In this document: positions 29,512 to 38,641 of the stretch, in pieces | Position numbering within the stretch: the first letter of the stretch is position 1 | Layout: the number at the start of each line of letters is the position of its first letter | Notes under the pieces: model-generated | The model's input: only the letters and a program-made list of their open reading frames with translations | What the model was told of the DNA's origin: nothing | Database searches by the model: none | Assembly (NCBI GenBank): GCA_963719505.1 | Contig: CAVRCF010000005.1 | Span: 192,001 to 256,000, forward strand | DNA: 64,000 nt | Source: Halobacteriovoraceae bacterium | Lineage (GTDB): Bacteria > Bdellovibrionota > Bacteriovoracia > Bacteriovoracales > Bacteriovoracaceae | Direction: 5' to 3' | Made by a program: the position numbers and the translations under genes

Positions 29512-30516
29512 ATGAAGTTAATTGTTACTCTTTTTATTCTCTCTTTTTATAGTTATGGTGAAAGTACCTGTATTGTGACAAGGGCCGGTATTGATATCGG
29601 TAGTGGCACAACCAAATTAAAAGTGGCAAAAGTTGATTTTTGTACGCAAAATATAGTCTCTATTATTCATCAATCCAATATTGCTGTCGGTTATAAAGAG
29701 GATCTAAAGTCTTCTTCGACAAATGAGCTCAGTCTTAATATTTTCAACCAAGGTCTTAGTGCTTTAAACGAGCTCAAGTCAAAGGCGATAAGTTTTGGAG
29801 CTGACTCGGTTAATGCGGTTGCGACATCGGCTTTTAGAACAGCAAAAAATGGTCATCAGTGGGCGAAAAGACTCGAGTTAAAATCGGGTGTGAAGATTAA
29901 GATTATCACTCAAAAAGAAGAAGCTATCATTGGATTCACTGGAGCTATCTCAAAGTCAGACAGCTCAGGAGATACAAGCGTTGTTTGGGATATTGGCGGT
30001 GGATCCATGCAGCTGACGGGTTTTACAACTCATAATGACTTTGAAATCTATGAAGGAAAACTAGCGGCTGTCTCTTTTAAAAATCATATCCTCAGTGAAA
30101 TTAAAATGAATTCAAGTTTGTCTTCACCTAATCCTATGACTAATGATCAAAGGGAGATTGCTTTAAGAGATGCCAAAATAATAGCTAAAATTACCGTCAG
30201 TGATAAGATGAAAGAGAAAATAAAATCTTCAAGCATTATTGGTATTGGGGGAGTTCACTTTAATAGTCTGTTAAAAAATATTACCGATAAAAACTTCTAC
30301 ACCATTGAAAATATTGATAAAAGACTGGAGGAGACAAAGGAGCTTTCAGATCACCAAATTGGTAGTCCTTATGCAAGTACTGATATTTCTAATTTAATAT
30401 TGGTCAAAGGTTTTATGCAGGCTCTAGGTATAAAAAAAGTTATGGCCATTGAAGTTAATTTGGTAGAAGGCATATTAGTTAATCCTGCTCTTGTCACTAA
30501 TGCCAACTCGTTATAA
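29512..30516 (+). CDS. Ppx/GppA-family (ASKHA) phosphatase with signal peptide
   Basis: GIDIGSGT, VATSAFR, EEA, WDIGGGSMQ; hydrophobic N-terminus. Confidence 0.85.
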   Translation: MKLIVTLFILSFYSYGESTCIVTRAGIDIGSGTTKLKVAKVDFCTQNIVSIIHQSNIAVGYKEDLKSSSTNELSLNIFNQGLSALNELKSKAISFGADSVNAVATSAFRTAKNGHQWAKRLELKSGVKIKIITQKEEAIIGFTGAISKSDSSGDTSVVWDIGGGSMQLTGFTTHNDFEIYEGKLAAVSFKNHILSEIKMNSSLSSPNPMTNDQREIALRDAKIIAKITVSDKMKEKIKSSSIIGIGGVHFNSLLKNITDKNFYTIENIDKRLEETKELSDHQIGSPYASTDISNLILVKGFMQALGIKKVMAIEVNLVEGILVNPALVTNANSL

Positions 30517-30775
30517 AGCCAAACATATTCTACTAGAGGATATGGACGATGCCATGGAGATTCGTGAGCAAATTCTTCTAGGAGAGTCTTTCGAAAAACT
30601 TGCCAAGGACTTTTCCGAATGCGATTCCAGTGAAAAAGGGGGAATGCTCGGTTGGTTCTCCAGTGGCGCGATGGATGCCGAGTTTGAAAAAGCTCTTTTT
30701 CATCTCAAGAAGGATGAAATATCAAAACCGGTTAAAACAAAATACGGCTATCATCTTATTGTTAGATTAGAATAA
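30500..30775 (+). CDS. ppiC: Parvulin-type peptidyl-prolyl isomerase
   Basis: AKHILL, FEKLAKDFSEC.S..KGG.LG.F, FEKA.F, PVKTKYGYHLI. Confidence 0.9.
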   Translation: MPTRYKAKHILLEDMDDAMEIREQILLGESFEKLAKDFSECDSSEKGGMLGWFSSGAMDAEFEKALFHLKKDEISKPVKTKYGYHLIVRLE

Positions 30776-30817
30776 AAAAGTTTGGAGAAAAGAGTGGGAG
30801 GACATCCTTTCTCCAAA
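30774..30817 (-). terminator. Rho-independent terminator for the minus-strand riboswitch RNA
   Basis: 10-bp stem TTTGGAGAAA/TTTCTCCAAA; T6 tract follows only on the minus strand. Confidence 0.75.
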
Positions 30818-30866
30818 ACTAATTAAAACTTAAAAAGCGAGAAAGAAAATCGAAATTAATTGATTT

Positions 30867-31027
30867 ACTATAAAGCACTCCATCACATTGATGACAGTAA
30901 GTAGGATTCAACCCAATCTTCCCAAGAAGTAGTTACCAGTTACTTCTTTCGGCTCATTATCCCTGGGAAGGTTTCGCGGGCATTTGGTTGCCTCCACCTT
31001 CTTACTTATAAGAGCACCTCTTTAAGT
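30867..31027 (-). ncRNA. Lysine riboswitch (L-box) aptamer
   Basis: Minus strand AGAGGTGC..AGTA..GCCGAA..TGG..ACTGTC..GGAGTGCT in correct order. P1, P2 (GCTC/GAGC), P2a (GAAGGT/ACCTTC), P2b (GGCA/TGCC), P3 (AGAAGTA/TACTTCT) and P5 can form; L2 ACCA pairs with L3 TGGT. Confidence 0.85.
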
Positions 31028-31034
31028 TATTAAT

Positions 31035-31062
31035 ATGATACGTAGATTTTTGAAAAATGCAA
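31035..31062 (-). promoter_or_regulatory. Putative sigma70 promoter of the riboswitch RNA
   Basis: TTGCAT-N16-TATCAT ending 7 nt upstream of aptamer P1. Confidence 0.6.
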
Positions 31063-31070
31063 TAAAGGAA

Positions 31071-31532
31071 ATGATGAAAAATTTTAAAGTTTGGATAGAT
31101 GCTGATGCCTGCCCCAAGATGGTCAAAGAAGTTGTCTTTAAAGCATGCAATAAACAACAAATTAACCTTATTTTGGTCGCCAACTCTTATATGCAAATAC
31201 CCCAGTCCCCTTATATAAGGCTGATTCAAGTTGAAAAAGGGGATGATGTCGCCGATCAGTACATCGTCGATAATCTAGACCCAAATGATCTGGTTATAAC
31301 CGCTGACATTCCCCTGGCCGCTTTCGTGGTTGAAAAAAAAGCCACGGCCATTAATCCTAGAGGAGAGCTCTACACTGAGGAAAATATAAGAGAGAGGCTC
31401 TCTGTGAGAGACTTTATGGCTGATCTTCGAGATTCTGGGGTAGACACTGGTGGTCCAAGTGCCTTTGATCTCAAGGATAAGGAGCGCTTTGCAAATTCTT
31501 TCAATCGAATGGTTACAAAGCTTCTGAAGTAA
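31071..31532 (+). CDS. YaiI/YqxD (DUF188) family protein
   Basis: WIDADACP, D.ADQYI, DLVITADIPLA, INPRGELY. Confidence 0.92.
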   Translation: MMKNFKVWIDADACPKMVKEVVFKACNKQQINLILVANSYMQIPQSPYIRLIQVEKGDDVADQYIVDNLDPNDLVITADIPLAAFVVEKKATAINPRGELYTEENIRERLSVRDFMADLRDSGVDTGGPSAFDLKDKERFANSFNRMVTKLLK

Positions 31533-31545
31533 CGTATAAGCAGGT

Positions 31546-32787
31546 ATGACTAAATTCAAAGACTTAAAATTAGATGAAAAGATTCAAAAAGCACTTATTG
31601 ATAAAGGCTACACTGAACCCACTCCCATTCAAGCCCAGGCGATTCCAGACCTTTTAAAAAGAAGAGATCTTTTAGGAATTGCTCAAACTGGTACAGGAAA
31701 AACTGCAGCCTTTTCTTTACCACTTCTTCATAATCTCAATGAAAACCCTATCAAAACCAATCGCAATAATTGTAGGGCGCTTATACTAACTCCAACAAGA
31801 GAGTTGGCTTCTCAAATAGAGGCAAACATCTTGGGGTATTCAAAGTTTCTGAACTTCTCAACTAAAGTTATCTTTGGTGGTGTTTCGGAAAAACCTCAGA
31901 TTTCAGCCCTCAACTCAGGGGTCGATATCGTGGTTGCCACTCCAGGAAGACTCCTCGATCTTATTGGGCAAAAGAAAATTAAATTTGATCAACTCGAGAC
32001 CTTTATTTTAGACGAAGCCGACAGAATGCTTGATATGGGCTTTCTTAATGATGTTAAGAAAATAGTAAAATTAATTCCAAAGAAGCGACATACTCTTTTA
32101 TTTTCAGCGACTATGCCTGCTGAGATAAAGAAACTTGCTATGGATCTGTTGGATAATCCAAAAAAAGTAGAAATAACACCAGAGTCGACGACTGTTGAAA
32201 AGATTGAACAAACACTTTTATTTGTAGAGAAATCAGATAAGCGACGTCTTCTTGAAAGTGTCCTTGAAGACAAGGATATAAAAAAGGTTTTGGTTTTTTC
32301 GAGAACGAAACATGGCGCTGATAGAATTGTTAAAAATTTAACTCAGGCCAAGGTCTCGTCAGTTGCAATTCATGGCAATAAGTCTCAAAATGCTAGAGAG
32401 AGAGCTCTGAGCGAATTTACAAACGGCAAGGCCCGAGTCTTAGTTGCAACCGATATTGCGGCTCGTGGAATCGATATAAAAGATGTCTCTCATATTATAA
32501 ACTTTAACCTACCAGAAGATTCTGAAAGTTATGTCCACCGAATTGGTCGTACGGCCAGAGCGGGAAAAAGTGGTGTTGCGATCTCTTTTTGCGATGGTTC
32601 TGAATTGAAGTTTTTAAAGGGGATAGAAAAAACTATTGGGATGGAAATTCCAAAAAATACTGATCATCCTTTTCACACAGATAAAAAAAGCTTAACACCT
32701 CCAGCTCCTAAAGAGCCAAGAGGTCAAAGGCCAGCACAAAACAAGAATCAAAGCCGTAAAAAACAACAGCGAAGAGGAAGAAACTAA
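31546..32787 (+). CDS. DEAD-box RNA helicase (RhlE-like)
   Basis: PTPIQ, AQTGTGKT, DEAD, SAT, ARGID, HRIGRTARAG. Confidence 0.95.
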   Translation: MTKFKDLKLDEKIQKALIDKGYTEPTPIQAQAIPDLLKRRDLLGIAQTGTGKTAAFSLPLLHNLNENPIKTNRNNCRALILTPTRELASQIEANILGYSKFLNFSTKVIFGGVSEKPQISALNSGVDIVVATPGRLLDLIGQKKIKFDQLETFILDEADRMLDMGFLNDVKKIVKLIPKKRHTLLFSATMPAEIKKLAMDLLDNPKKVEITPESTTVEKIEQTLLFVEKSDKRRLLESVLEDKDIKKVLVFSRTKHGADRIVKNLTQAKVSSVAIHGNKSQNARERALSEFTNGKARVLVATDIAARGIDIKDVSHIINFNLPEDSESYVHRIGRTARAGKSGVAISFCDGSELKFLKGIEKTIGMEIPKNTDHPFHTDKKSLTPPAPKEPRGQRPAQNKNQSRKKQQRRGRN

Positions 32788-33404
32788 AACTTATTTCTTC
32801 TGTAACCTTCGATGTTTGGATCATTTTGGTAATCAATTTGAGTTTGAATCATTTTTCTAAAAGGATTAAGAAAAGTGTCTGTCTGGGTCTTCGTTACTTT
32901 TTCTAAATTTATTGCACTCAATTCTTCTAAGACGACTTTTACAGACTCTATAGTAGAGAGGCAGTAGTCTTTGGGCTGCTTTTTAAATTCATAGATCGAT
33001 TCTGACGTTGAATGAAAGCTTATTTTTGGTAGCGCCCGAAGGTTTGGAGAGAGCTTCATTAACTTTTTTGAACACGGCCAGGTTGCATCGATAATAAAGA
33101 TCGTATTGTCTTCTTCAGTTGGAATTGATTGGACTTCAAGAGCATCTTCTCCCGGATAGAGAACATAGCAGTTTGTGGTCTGGATAAGTTCATTTACCCT
33201 TTTATGATCAGCAAATGATTCCCCCATGTAAAATTCAGAATTCACAAGGGACAGGTGAGTCATGCGACCTGTATTATTTTTAACTTTTTTAAACTCGTGC
33301 ACATGAATCAGAACAACGAAAAGGGTCTTAGTCTCAATAGGATTAATATCTTCACAAAAGCAAAGTGTTCTTGGCCTCATACATTTATAGCATTTCTCTC
33401 GCAT
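32784..33404 (-). CDS. tapT: tRNA-uridine aminocarboxypropyltransferase (DTW domain)
   Basis: N-terminal CxxC...CxC, HE, NTG, IIDATW, LSTIE. Confidence 0.88.
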   Translation of the reverse strand: MREKCYKCMRPRTLCFCEDINPIETKTLFVVLIHVHEFKKVKNNTGRMTHLSLVNSEFYMGESFADHKRVNELIQTTNCYVLYPGEDALEVQSIPTEEDNTIFIIDATWPCSKKLMKLSPNLRALPKISFHSTSESIYEFKKQPKDYCLSTIESVKVVLEELSAINLEKVTKTQTDTFLNPFRKMIQTQIDYQNDPNIEGYRRNKF

Positions 33405-33745
33405 TAAAAACCGTTGTTGAAAATACCTATAAACATGATGGCCAAGCCTGCAAGCATAAGAGCGAAGTCATAGGAGTTTTGGATATCGGCTGCTCGGTTA
33501 ATAATGGATTGTTTTGAACTGCTTGCTGGCAGTGACTTTTTCGCTTTTGCAAGGTTTGATTTGCTTGATGCGTTACTTTTGACAACGAATATTTTTAGAC
33601 AAAAAAGCCCAATCAGAAAGAATGAGATCAGGTAGGGGATATTGAAGTCTAGTTTGAAGTTTAAATAGAAAGGAATCACGACAAAGACGAATAAAATAAG
33701 GATAAATTTAAACTGTAATCTTAGGTAGAGAGTGATCTTTTTCAT
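33404..33745 (-). CDS. Membrane hypothetical protein
   Basis: Three hydrophobic segments; stop overlaps the tapT start. Confidence 0.7.
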   Translation of the reverse strand: MKKITLYLRLQFKFILILFVFVVIPFYLNFKLDFNIPYLISFFLIGLFCLKIFVVKSNASSKSNLAKAKKSLPASSSKQSIINRAADIQNSYDFALMLAGLAIMFIGIFNNGF

Positions 33746-33901
33746 AGCTTAAGGTAAACAAAATTTTGATAGGCGTCAATAAGACTTAAACGTATAAGAT
33801 GTGCTTATGTTTATTATAATTATCTCTAAAAAGACTTGGACATTTTGATTAAAGACTGTGAATATGCCGCTTACAAAAAGACAGGTCACCGGGAGATTTC
33901 C

Positions 33902-34957
33902 ATGAGAAATAAAGCGTTAGTTTTAATGATTGTTCTATTCAGTTTTTCAGCATCGGCAAAAACATTTTCTATCATGTCTTACAATATTGAAAATCTCTTT
34001 GATACTGTTCATGACGAAGGTAAAAAAGACTACACCTACCTTCCTTTAAAAGTGAAACAATCCAGTCCTAAAATTCAAGCTTACTGTGCGGCTATGAGAG
34101 TGAGGCATTACAAAAGAAGCTGTTACAAGCTTGATTGGAATATGGACACTTATAAAGCCAAAATTAAAAACCTCGCTCGAGTCATTCTCTCTTTCAATAA
34201 AGGCTTAGGGGCTGACATTATCGTTTTCCAAGAAGTTGAAAATAAAAATGCCTTAAAAGATTTGATCAAATACGGCCTAGAAGGCCATGGTTATAAATAT
34301 ATCTCCCTCATCGAAGGTCCAGATGCTCGTGGGATTGATATTGGAATGATCTCTCGTTATCCCATCGTTTCAGAAAAACTTAATCAAGTAGATATCTCAA
34401 CAGCTGCAAGGGGTAGTAAGACCAGAGGGATCTTGGAGACGACCTTTGATATAGACTCAAAGCTTGTGACTGTCTTTGGTAATCACTGGCCTAGTCAGGG
34501 AAATAACGACAGAACAAGACTAATTGCTTCAAAGGTTCTGGAAAAAGCCGCACTTGCATCTAAGTCAGATTTAGTTATCGCCCTAGGTGACTTTAATCAA
34601 ACCCACAGCGATTCTCCTCACGGAATAAATTTAAATATTCTTCCCCTTTTTGAGGACGTAGAAGTTCTTGGGAGGACATTTTCAAATGAGTCAGCTTACG
34701 GAACTCATTGGTATAGAGGTGGTTGGGAATCATTAGATAGAATTTTTGTTCTAAAGTCTTCGCTAAAGTCGACCACCTATATTGATCACAGTGCTTTTGA
34801 TATTGTTAACGAAAACTTTATGGTGAGAGACTTTGACTGGACGGACTTTGATACTGGTGGTCAAAATTTAGATAACAATATCCCATGGCGATTTAATACT
34901 AAGTCTAAAGAGGGTTACTCTGATCATCTTCCGGTGGGAATAAGTATCAATCTTTAA
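33902..34957 (+). CDS. Secreted endonuclease/exonuclease/phosphatase family protein
   Basis: Signal peptide; YNIENLFD, FQEVEN, NHWPS, GDFN, LDRI, SDHLP. Confidence 0.9.
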   Translation: MRNKALVLMIVLFSFSASAKTFSIMSYNIENLFDTVHDEGKKDYTYLPLKVKQSSPKIQAYCAAMRVRHYKRSCYKLDWNMDTYKAKIKNLARVILSFNKGLGADIIVFQEVENKNALKDLIKYGLEGHGYKYISLIEGPDARGIDIGMISRYPIVSEKLNQVDISTAARGSKTRGILETTFDIDSKLVTVFGNHWPSQGNNDRTRLIASKVLEKAALASKSDLVIALGDFNQTHSDSPHGINLNILPLFEDVEVLGRTFSNESAYGTHWYRGGWESLDRIFVLKSSLKSTTYIDHSAFDIVNENFMVRDFDWTDFDTGGQNLDNNIPWRFNTKSKEGYSDHLPVGISINL

Positions 34958-35192
34958 ACAGATCTCGTTTTTGATCTCGGGAGAGTTGCTTGATAGCGTA
35001 CTCTCTTTTTAAGGCTTCACTTTTTGTCTCAACCGTTTCTGAATAAACAATTTTTATGGGTGGATCGGTGCGAAAAAACTTAGCTCCCTTGCCAGACTTA
35101 TGTTTTTCGAGCCTTGCATCTAAGTCTTTGGTGATACCGGTATATAACCGCTTCTTTTTCGTTTCAATGATATAAATAAACCATTTTTCCAA
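34947..35192 (-). CDS. GIY-YIG nuclease (YhbQ/UPF0213-like)
   Basis: WFIYII...LYTGIT.DL.ARL..H.SGKGAKF, ALKREYAIK; TTG start inferred. Confidence 0.88.
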   Translation of the reverse strand: MEKWFIYIIETKKKRLYTGITKDLDARLEKHKSGKGAKFFRTDPPIKIVYSETVETKSEALKREYAIKQLSRDQKRDLFKD

Positions 35193-35238
35193 GTTAAAAC
35201 CTTTGCTATATCCCTGATCTGTTGGGTATAGTTTTCGG

Positions 35239-36345
35239 ATGAATAAATACAATCTCAAAGACATAAGTATTGTTAACACAATATTTCTTATACTTACGCC
35301 TACTACTGCTTTGCTATCTCTTGTCATGTGGCTAAGGACAGCTTCTTTTGATATTAACGTCTTAGTTTTTATAGTAGCAACTTATATTATATCAGGAATT
35401 TCAATTACTGCAGGCTACCATAGGCTTTTTGCCCACAAGACATATTCGGCAAATCCTTTTGTTAAATTTTTCTTTCTCATCTTTGGGGCCACGGCTTTTC
35501 AAAACTGCGTTTTAAAATGGGCCAGCGATCACAGACTCCACCACTCAAAAGTAGATGGACAAGATGATCCCTATAATATCAACGAGGGCTTTTTCTATGC
35601 CCATATGGGATGGATATTTTTAAAGAAGAACTCTGAGATTAAGACTCGTTACGCAAAGGACATGTTGAGTGATAGGCTTATCATGTGGCAACATAAATAC
35701 TACACATCTATTGCTGTTGTGTTTGGAATACTTCTCCCAGGCGCTTTAGCCTTTTTACTTTTTAATAATATCTACGCGGCGATCGCTTGTGTTTTTATGC
35801 GAATTGTTCTCGTACACCACTGTACATTTTTTATTAATTCTCTTTGCCATGTCTTTGGATCGACTCCTTATACAGCTATTAATTCCGCTAAGGACAACTG
35901 GTTGATGGCTTATTTTACCTTCGGTGAGGGCTATCATAACTTTCATCACTTTTTTCAAACCGACTTTAGAAATGGTATCCGCTGGTATGACTTTGATCCT
36001 ACAAAGTGGTTGATAAAAACTTTGGCCCATTTAAAATTGGCAAGTGATTTAAAAGTTACTCCAAAAAGAAGTATTATCAAAGCGAAGCTCAACATGAGAA
36101 TGCAAGCTCTTGGAAGCCATGATGTCTCAAGACTCTCTGACCTAGAAGAGTTACAAAAACAAATACTGGAATCTTTGAAAAATCTAGAACACTTTAAAAA
36201 TGAATTAAAACTCAAAAAAAGAGAATTTGATAAATTTTCAAAAAAGATTTTAAAAAATAGAATTAATCAAGCCAAGAAGGAACTTCACCTGCATTTGGTT
36301 TTGTGGAAATTAAGTATAAAAAGACTTGAACAATCCTATATCTAA
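35239..36345 (+). CDS. Delta-9 acyl-CoA/lipid fatty acid desaturase
   Basis: His boxes HRLFAH, HRLHH, GEGYHNFHH; DPTKW. Confidence 0.93.
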   Translation: MNKYNLKDISIVNTIFLILTPTTALLSLVMWLRTASFDINVLVFIVATYIISGISITAGYHRLFAHKTYSANPFVKFFFLIFGATAFQNCVLKWASDHRLHHSKVDGQDDPYNINEGFFYAHMGWIFLKKNSEIKTRYAKDMLSDRLIMWQHKYYTSIAVVFGILLPGALAFLLFNNIYAAIACVFMRIVLVHHCTFFINSLCHVFGSTPYTAINSAKDNWLMAYFTFGEGYHNFHHFFQTDFRNGIRWYDFDPTKWLIKTLAHLKLASDLKVTPKRSIIKAKLNMRMQALGSHDVSRLSDLEELQKQILESLKNLEHFKNELKLKKREFDKFSKKILKNRINQAKKELHLHLVLWKLSIKRLEQSYI

Positions 36346-36359
36346 AAAAGTAATCATCT

Positions 36360-37979
36360 ATGTTAAACGTCTCAAATGTAACTAAAATTCAAGGTGGAGA
36401 AACTCTCTATTCTAAAGCCACTTTTCAAATTAACCCCGGAGAGAAGGTGGGACTTGTTGGTCCAAATGGTTCAGGAAAATCCACACTTTTCAGAATGATC
36501 ATCAAAGAAGATAGTAATTTTGAAGGTCAAATTAGTTTTCCAGATAAATTAAAGCTTGCTTATTTTTCTCAAAATGTCGGTGAGATGAAGGGCAAAACAG
36601 CTCTTCAGGAAGTGATTGAGGGTGATGAGAAGATAAAAGTTTTAAGTCAAAAACTTAAAGAATTTGAGGTTAAGCTTTGTGAGCCCATGAGTGACGATGA
36701 AATGAATGCCGTTCTTGTGGAAATGGGCGATGTTCAAACAGAATTCGAAAAGCGTGGTGGCTACGATATTGAAACCAGAGCGGAAGAGATTCTCACAGGT
36801 CTAGGAATTGCTCCATCAGATCATCATAAAGATACTGGAGATTTCTCTGGTGGTTGGAAAATGAGAATCGCTCTGGCAAAGGTTCTTGTTTTAAAGCCCG
36901 ATCTCATTATCATGGATGAGCCTACCAACTATCTGGATATGGAAACTATTTTGTGGCTAGAGAATTGGCTTCAAAATTATCCCGGTGCCATTTTTATGAC
37001 CACCCATGATCGCGACTTCATGAATAATGTTTGTAAAAAAATAATAGAAATATCTAATAAAACAATGACTGTTTATTCTGGAAATTACGATTTCTACCTT
37101 AAAGAAAGGGAGATAAGACTCGACCAGCTTAAAGCTGAGCACGCTAGACAAGCCGAGATGCTTTCAAAGGAAGAAGAATTTATTGCAAAGTTTAAAGCTC
37201 GTGCTTCCCATGCGGCTCAAGTTCAGTCTCGTGTGAAAAAAATTGATAAAATTGAAAGGATCGAGCTTCCACCTGAGCAAGAAGTGATGAATTTTGATTT
37301 TCAAGCTCCTCCAAGGGGTGGAGATGATGTCGTGGTCTTCGAAGATCTTGGAAAAGTTTGGCAAAAAAATAATGGTGAAGATCATAGAGTTTTCAAAAGT
37401 CTAAGTGGAACCATTCAACGCCAAGATAAAATTGCCCTCGTGGGAGTGAATGGTGCAGGTAAGTCTACACTTCTAAAAGTTATTTGTGGTCGTACAGAAC
37501 CTACTGAAGGAACCTACAAAATTGGTCCAAGCATAAATGTAGGCTATTTCTCCCAGTATTCATTTGATGTTTTAAATCCTGAAAGTACAGTTTATGAAGA
37601 AATTCAAGGCAGTCTTCCGCTAGCTTCTGACGGGTTTTTAAGAAACCTTCTGGCGGCTTTTTTATTTCGTGGTGATGATGTTTTAAAGAAAGTTAAACAT
37701 TTATCTGGGGGAGAGAAAAGTCGGCTTATTATGACCTCGTTACTTTCTCAAGGAAATAATTTTCTTGTTCTAGATGAGCCCACTAACCATTTAGATATTG
37801 CCTCTAGAGATGTCCTGCTCAAAGCCTTGAAAGGTTTCGAAGGAACCATTCTTATTGTCTCTCACGATAGACACTTCCTCCACGGCTTAGCACAGAAAGT
37901 CTACGAAGTAGACCAAGGCGAGATCAGAGTGTATCCAGGTAATTATAAATACTATCTTGAAAAAACTAGTTCAATATAG
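36360..37979 (+). CDS. ABC-F family ATP-binding protein
   Basis: GPNGSGKST, FSGGWKMR, DEPTN twice, QVQSR linker. Confidence 0.95.
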   Translation: MLNVSNVTKIQGGETLYSKATFQINPGEKVGLVGPNGSGKSTLFRMIIKEDSNFEGQISFPDKLKLAYFSQNVGEMKGKTALQEVIEGDEKIKVLSQKLKEFEVKLCEPMSDDEMNAVLVEMGDVQTEFEKRGGYDIETRAEEILTGLGIAPSDHHKDTGDFSGGWKMRIALAKVLVLKPDLIIMDEPTNYLDMETILWLENWLQNYPGAIFMTTHDRDFMNNVCKKIIEISNKTMTVYSGNYDFYLKEREIRLDQLKAEHARQAEMLSKEEEFIAKFKARASHAAQVQSRVKKIDKIERIELPPEQEVMNFDFQAPPRGGDDVVVFEDLGKVWQKNNGEDHRVFKSLSGTIQRQDKIALVGVNGAGKSTLLKVICGRTEPTEGTYKIGPSINVGYFSQYSFDVLNPESTVYEEIQGSLPLASDGFLRNLLAAFLFRGDDVLKKVKHLSGGEKSRLIMTSLLSQGNNFLVLDEPTNHLDIASRDVLLKALKGFEGTILIVSHDRHFLHGLAQKVYEVDQGEIRVYPGNYKYYLEKTSSI

Positions 37980-38634
37980 GACTTTCAAACTTTAAGCCTA
38001 TTCCTTGGGGATAGGTCCCTTTGGCCAATGTTTTTCTCGCGATAGTCGCTTTGATTAAAATGGGTTTTTTAAGATTAAGTCTAACGGTTAATAAAGCATC
38101 GTATGGCAGATTAAAAACATCTCCAAAACCTTTATCGATAATAAAAACCCCAGTCTTTGAAATATCGTAAGTGAGAGACTTTATTTTTTTGCCATTGCAT
38201 TCAATCTCAACAGGTATCTCTTTCATCTCTCTTTTAGGAGTCATCCAATATCTAAATTTTTCATCTTCAATAACCCGTCTTATGTCTTTACGGTAAAAGC
38301 CCAAGCTTATCGTTAAAAAGAAAAGACTAGAAAGACCCGTTTGAAGATGGGTATAAATCTGACCATACTCGGCAACGATATAGTTATTTAAACAAATGGC
38401 AATATTGAGAATAGGTAAAACGTAAAAAAGATTCTTACTCATCTTTAGGGTAAAGATTCCGGTGAGAACTAAGAACGCCGCACTGATAAGGTTTAGGGGA
38501 GTGAGCTTGCTAAAGACAAGTCCCATATCAAGGGGATTTAGATCAAAGAGGTAACAGATTTGAACAGGAAACATAAGGGCACTTATAAAAAGGTAGGTGC
38601 TCATAAAGGTTAAAAACAATGGCTTTTCTTTCAT
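37966..38634 (-). CDS. Membrane protein with C-terminal PilZ domain
   Basis: Four TM segments, then PKRE...DISKTGVF...GIGLKF. Confidence 0.75.
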   Translation of the reverse strand: MKEKPLFLTFMSTYLFISALMFPVQICYLFDLNPLDMGLVFSKLTPLNLISAAFLVLTGIFTLKMSKNLFYVLPILNIAICLNNYIVAEYGQIYTHLQTGLSSLFFLTISLGFYRKDIRRVIEDEKFRYWMTPKREMKEIPVEIECNGKKIKSLTYDISKTGVFIIDKGFGDVFNLPYDALLTVRLNLKKPILIKATIARKTLAKGTYPQGIGLKFESPILN

Positions 38635-38641
38635 TTTTGAC

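Noticed and set aside
30867-31027. SRP RNA or 6S RNA as the identity of the structured region
   Set aside because: No SRP domain IV motif or long central-bubble rod; the lysine aptamer motifs and kissing loop fit better
31002-31229. Minus-strand 75-aa ORF as a leader or target of the riboswitch
   Set aside because: It lies upstream of and overlaps the aptamer and is antisense to yaiI; a shadow ORF
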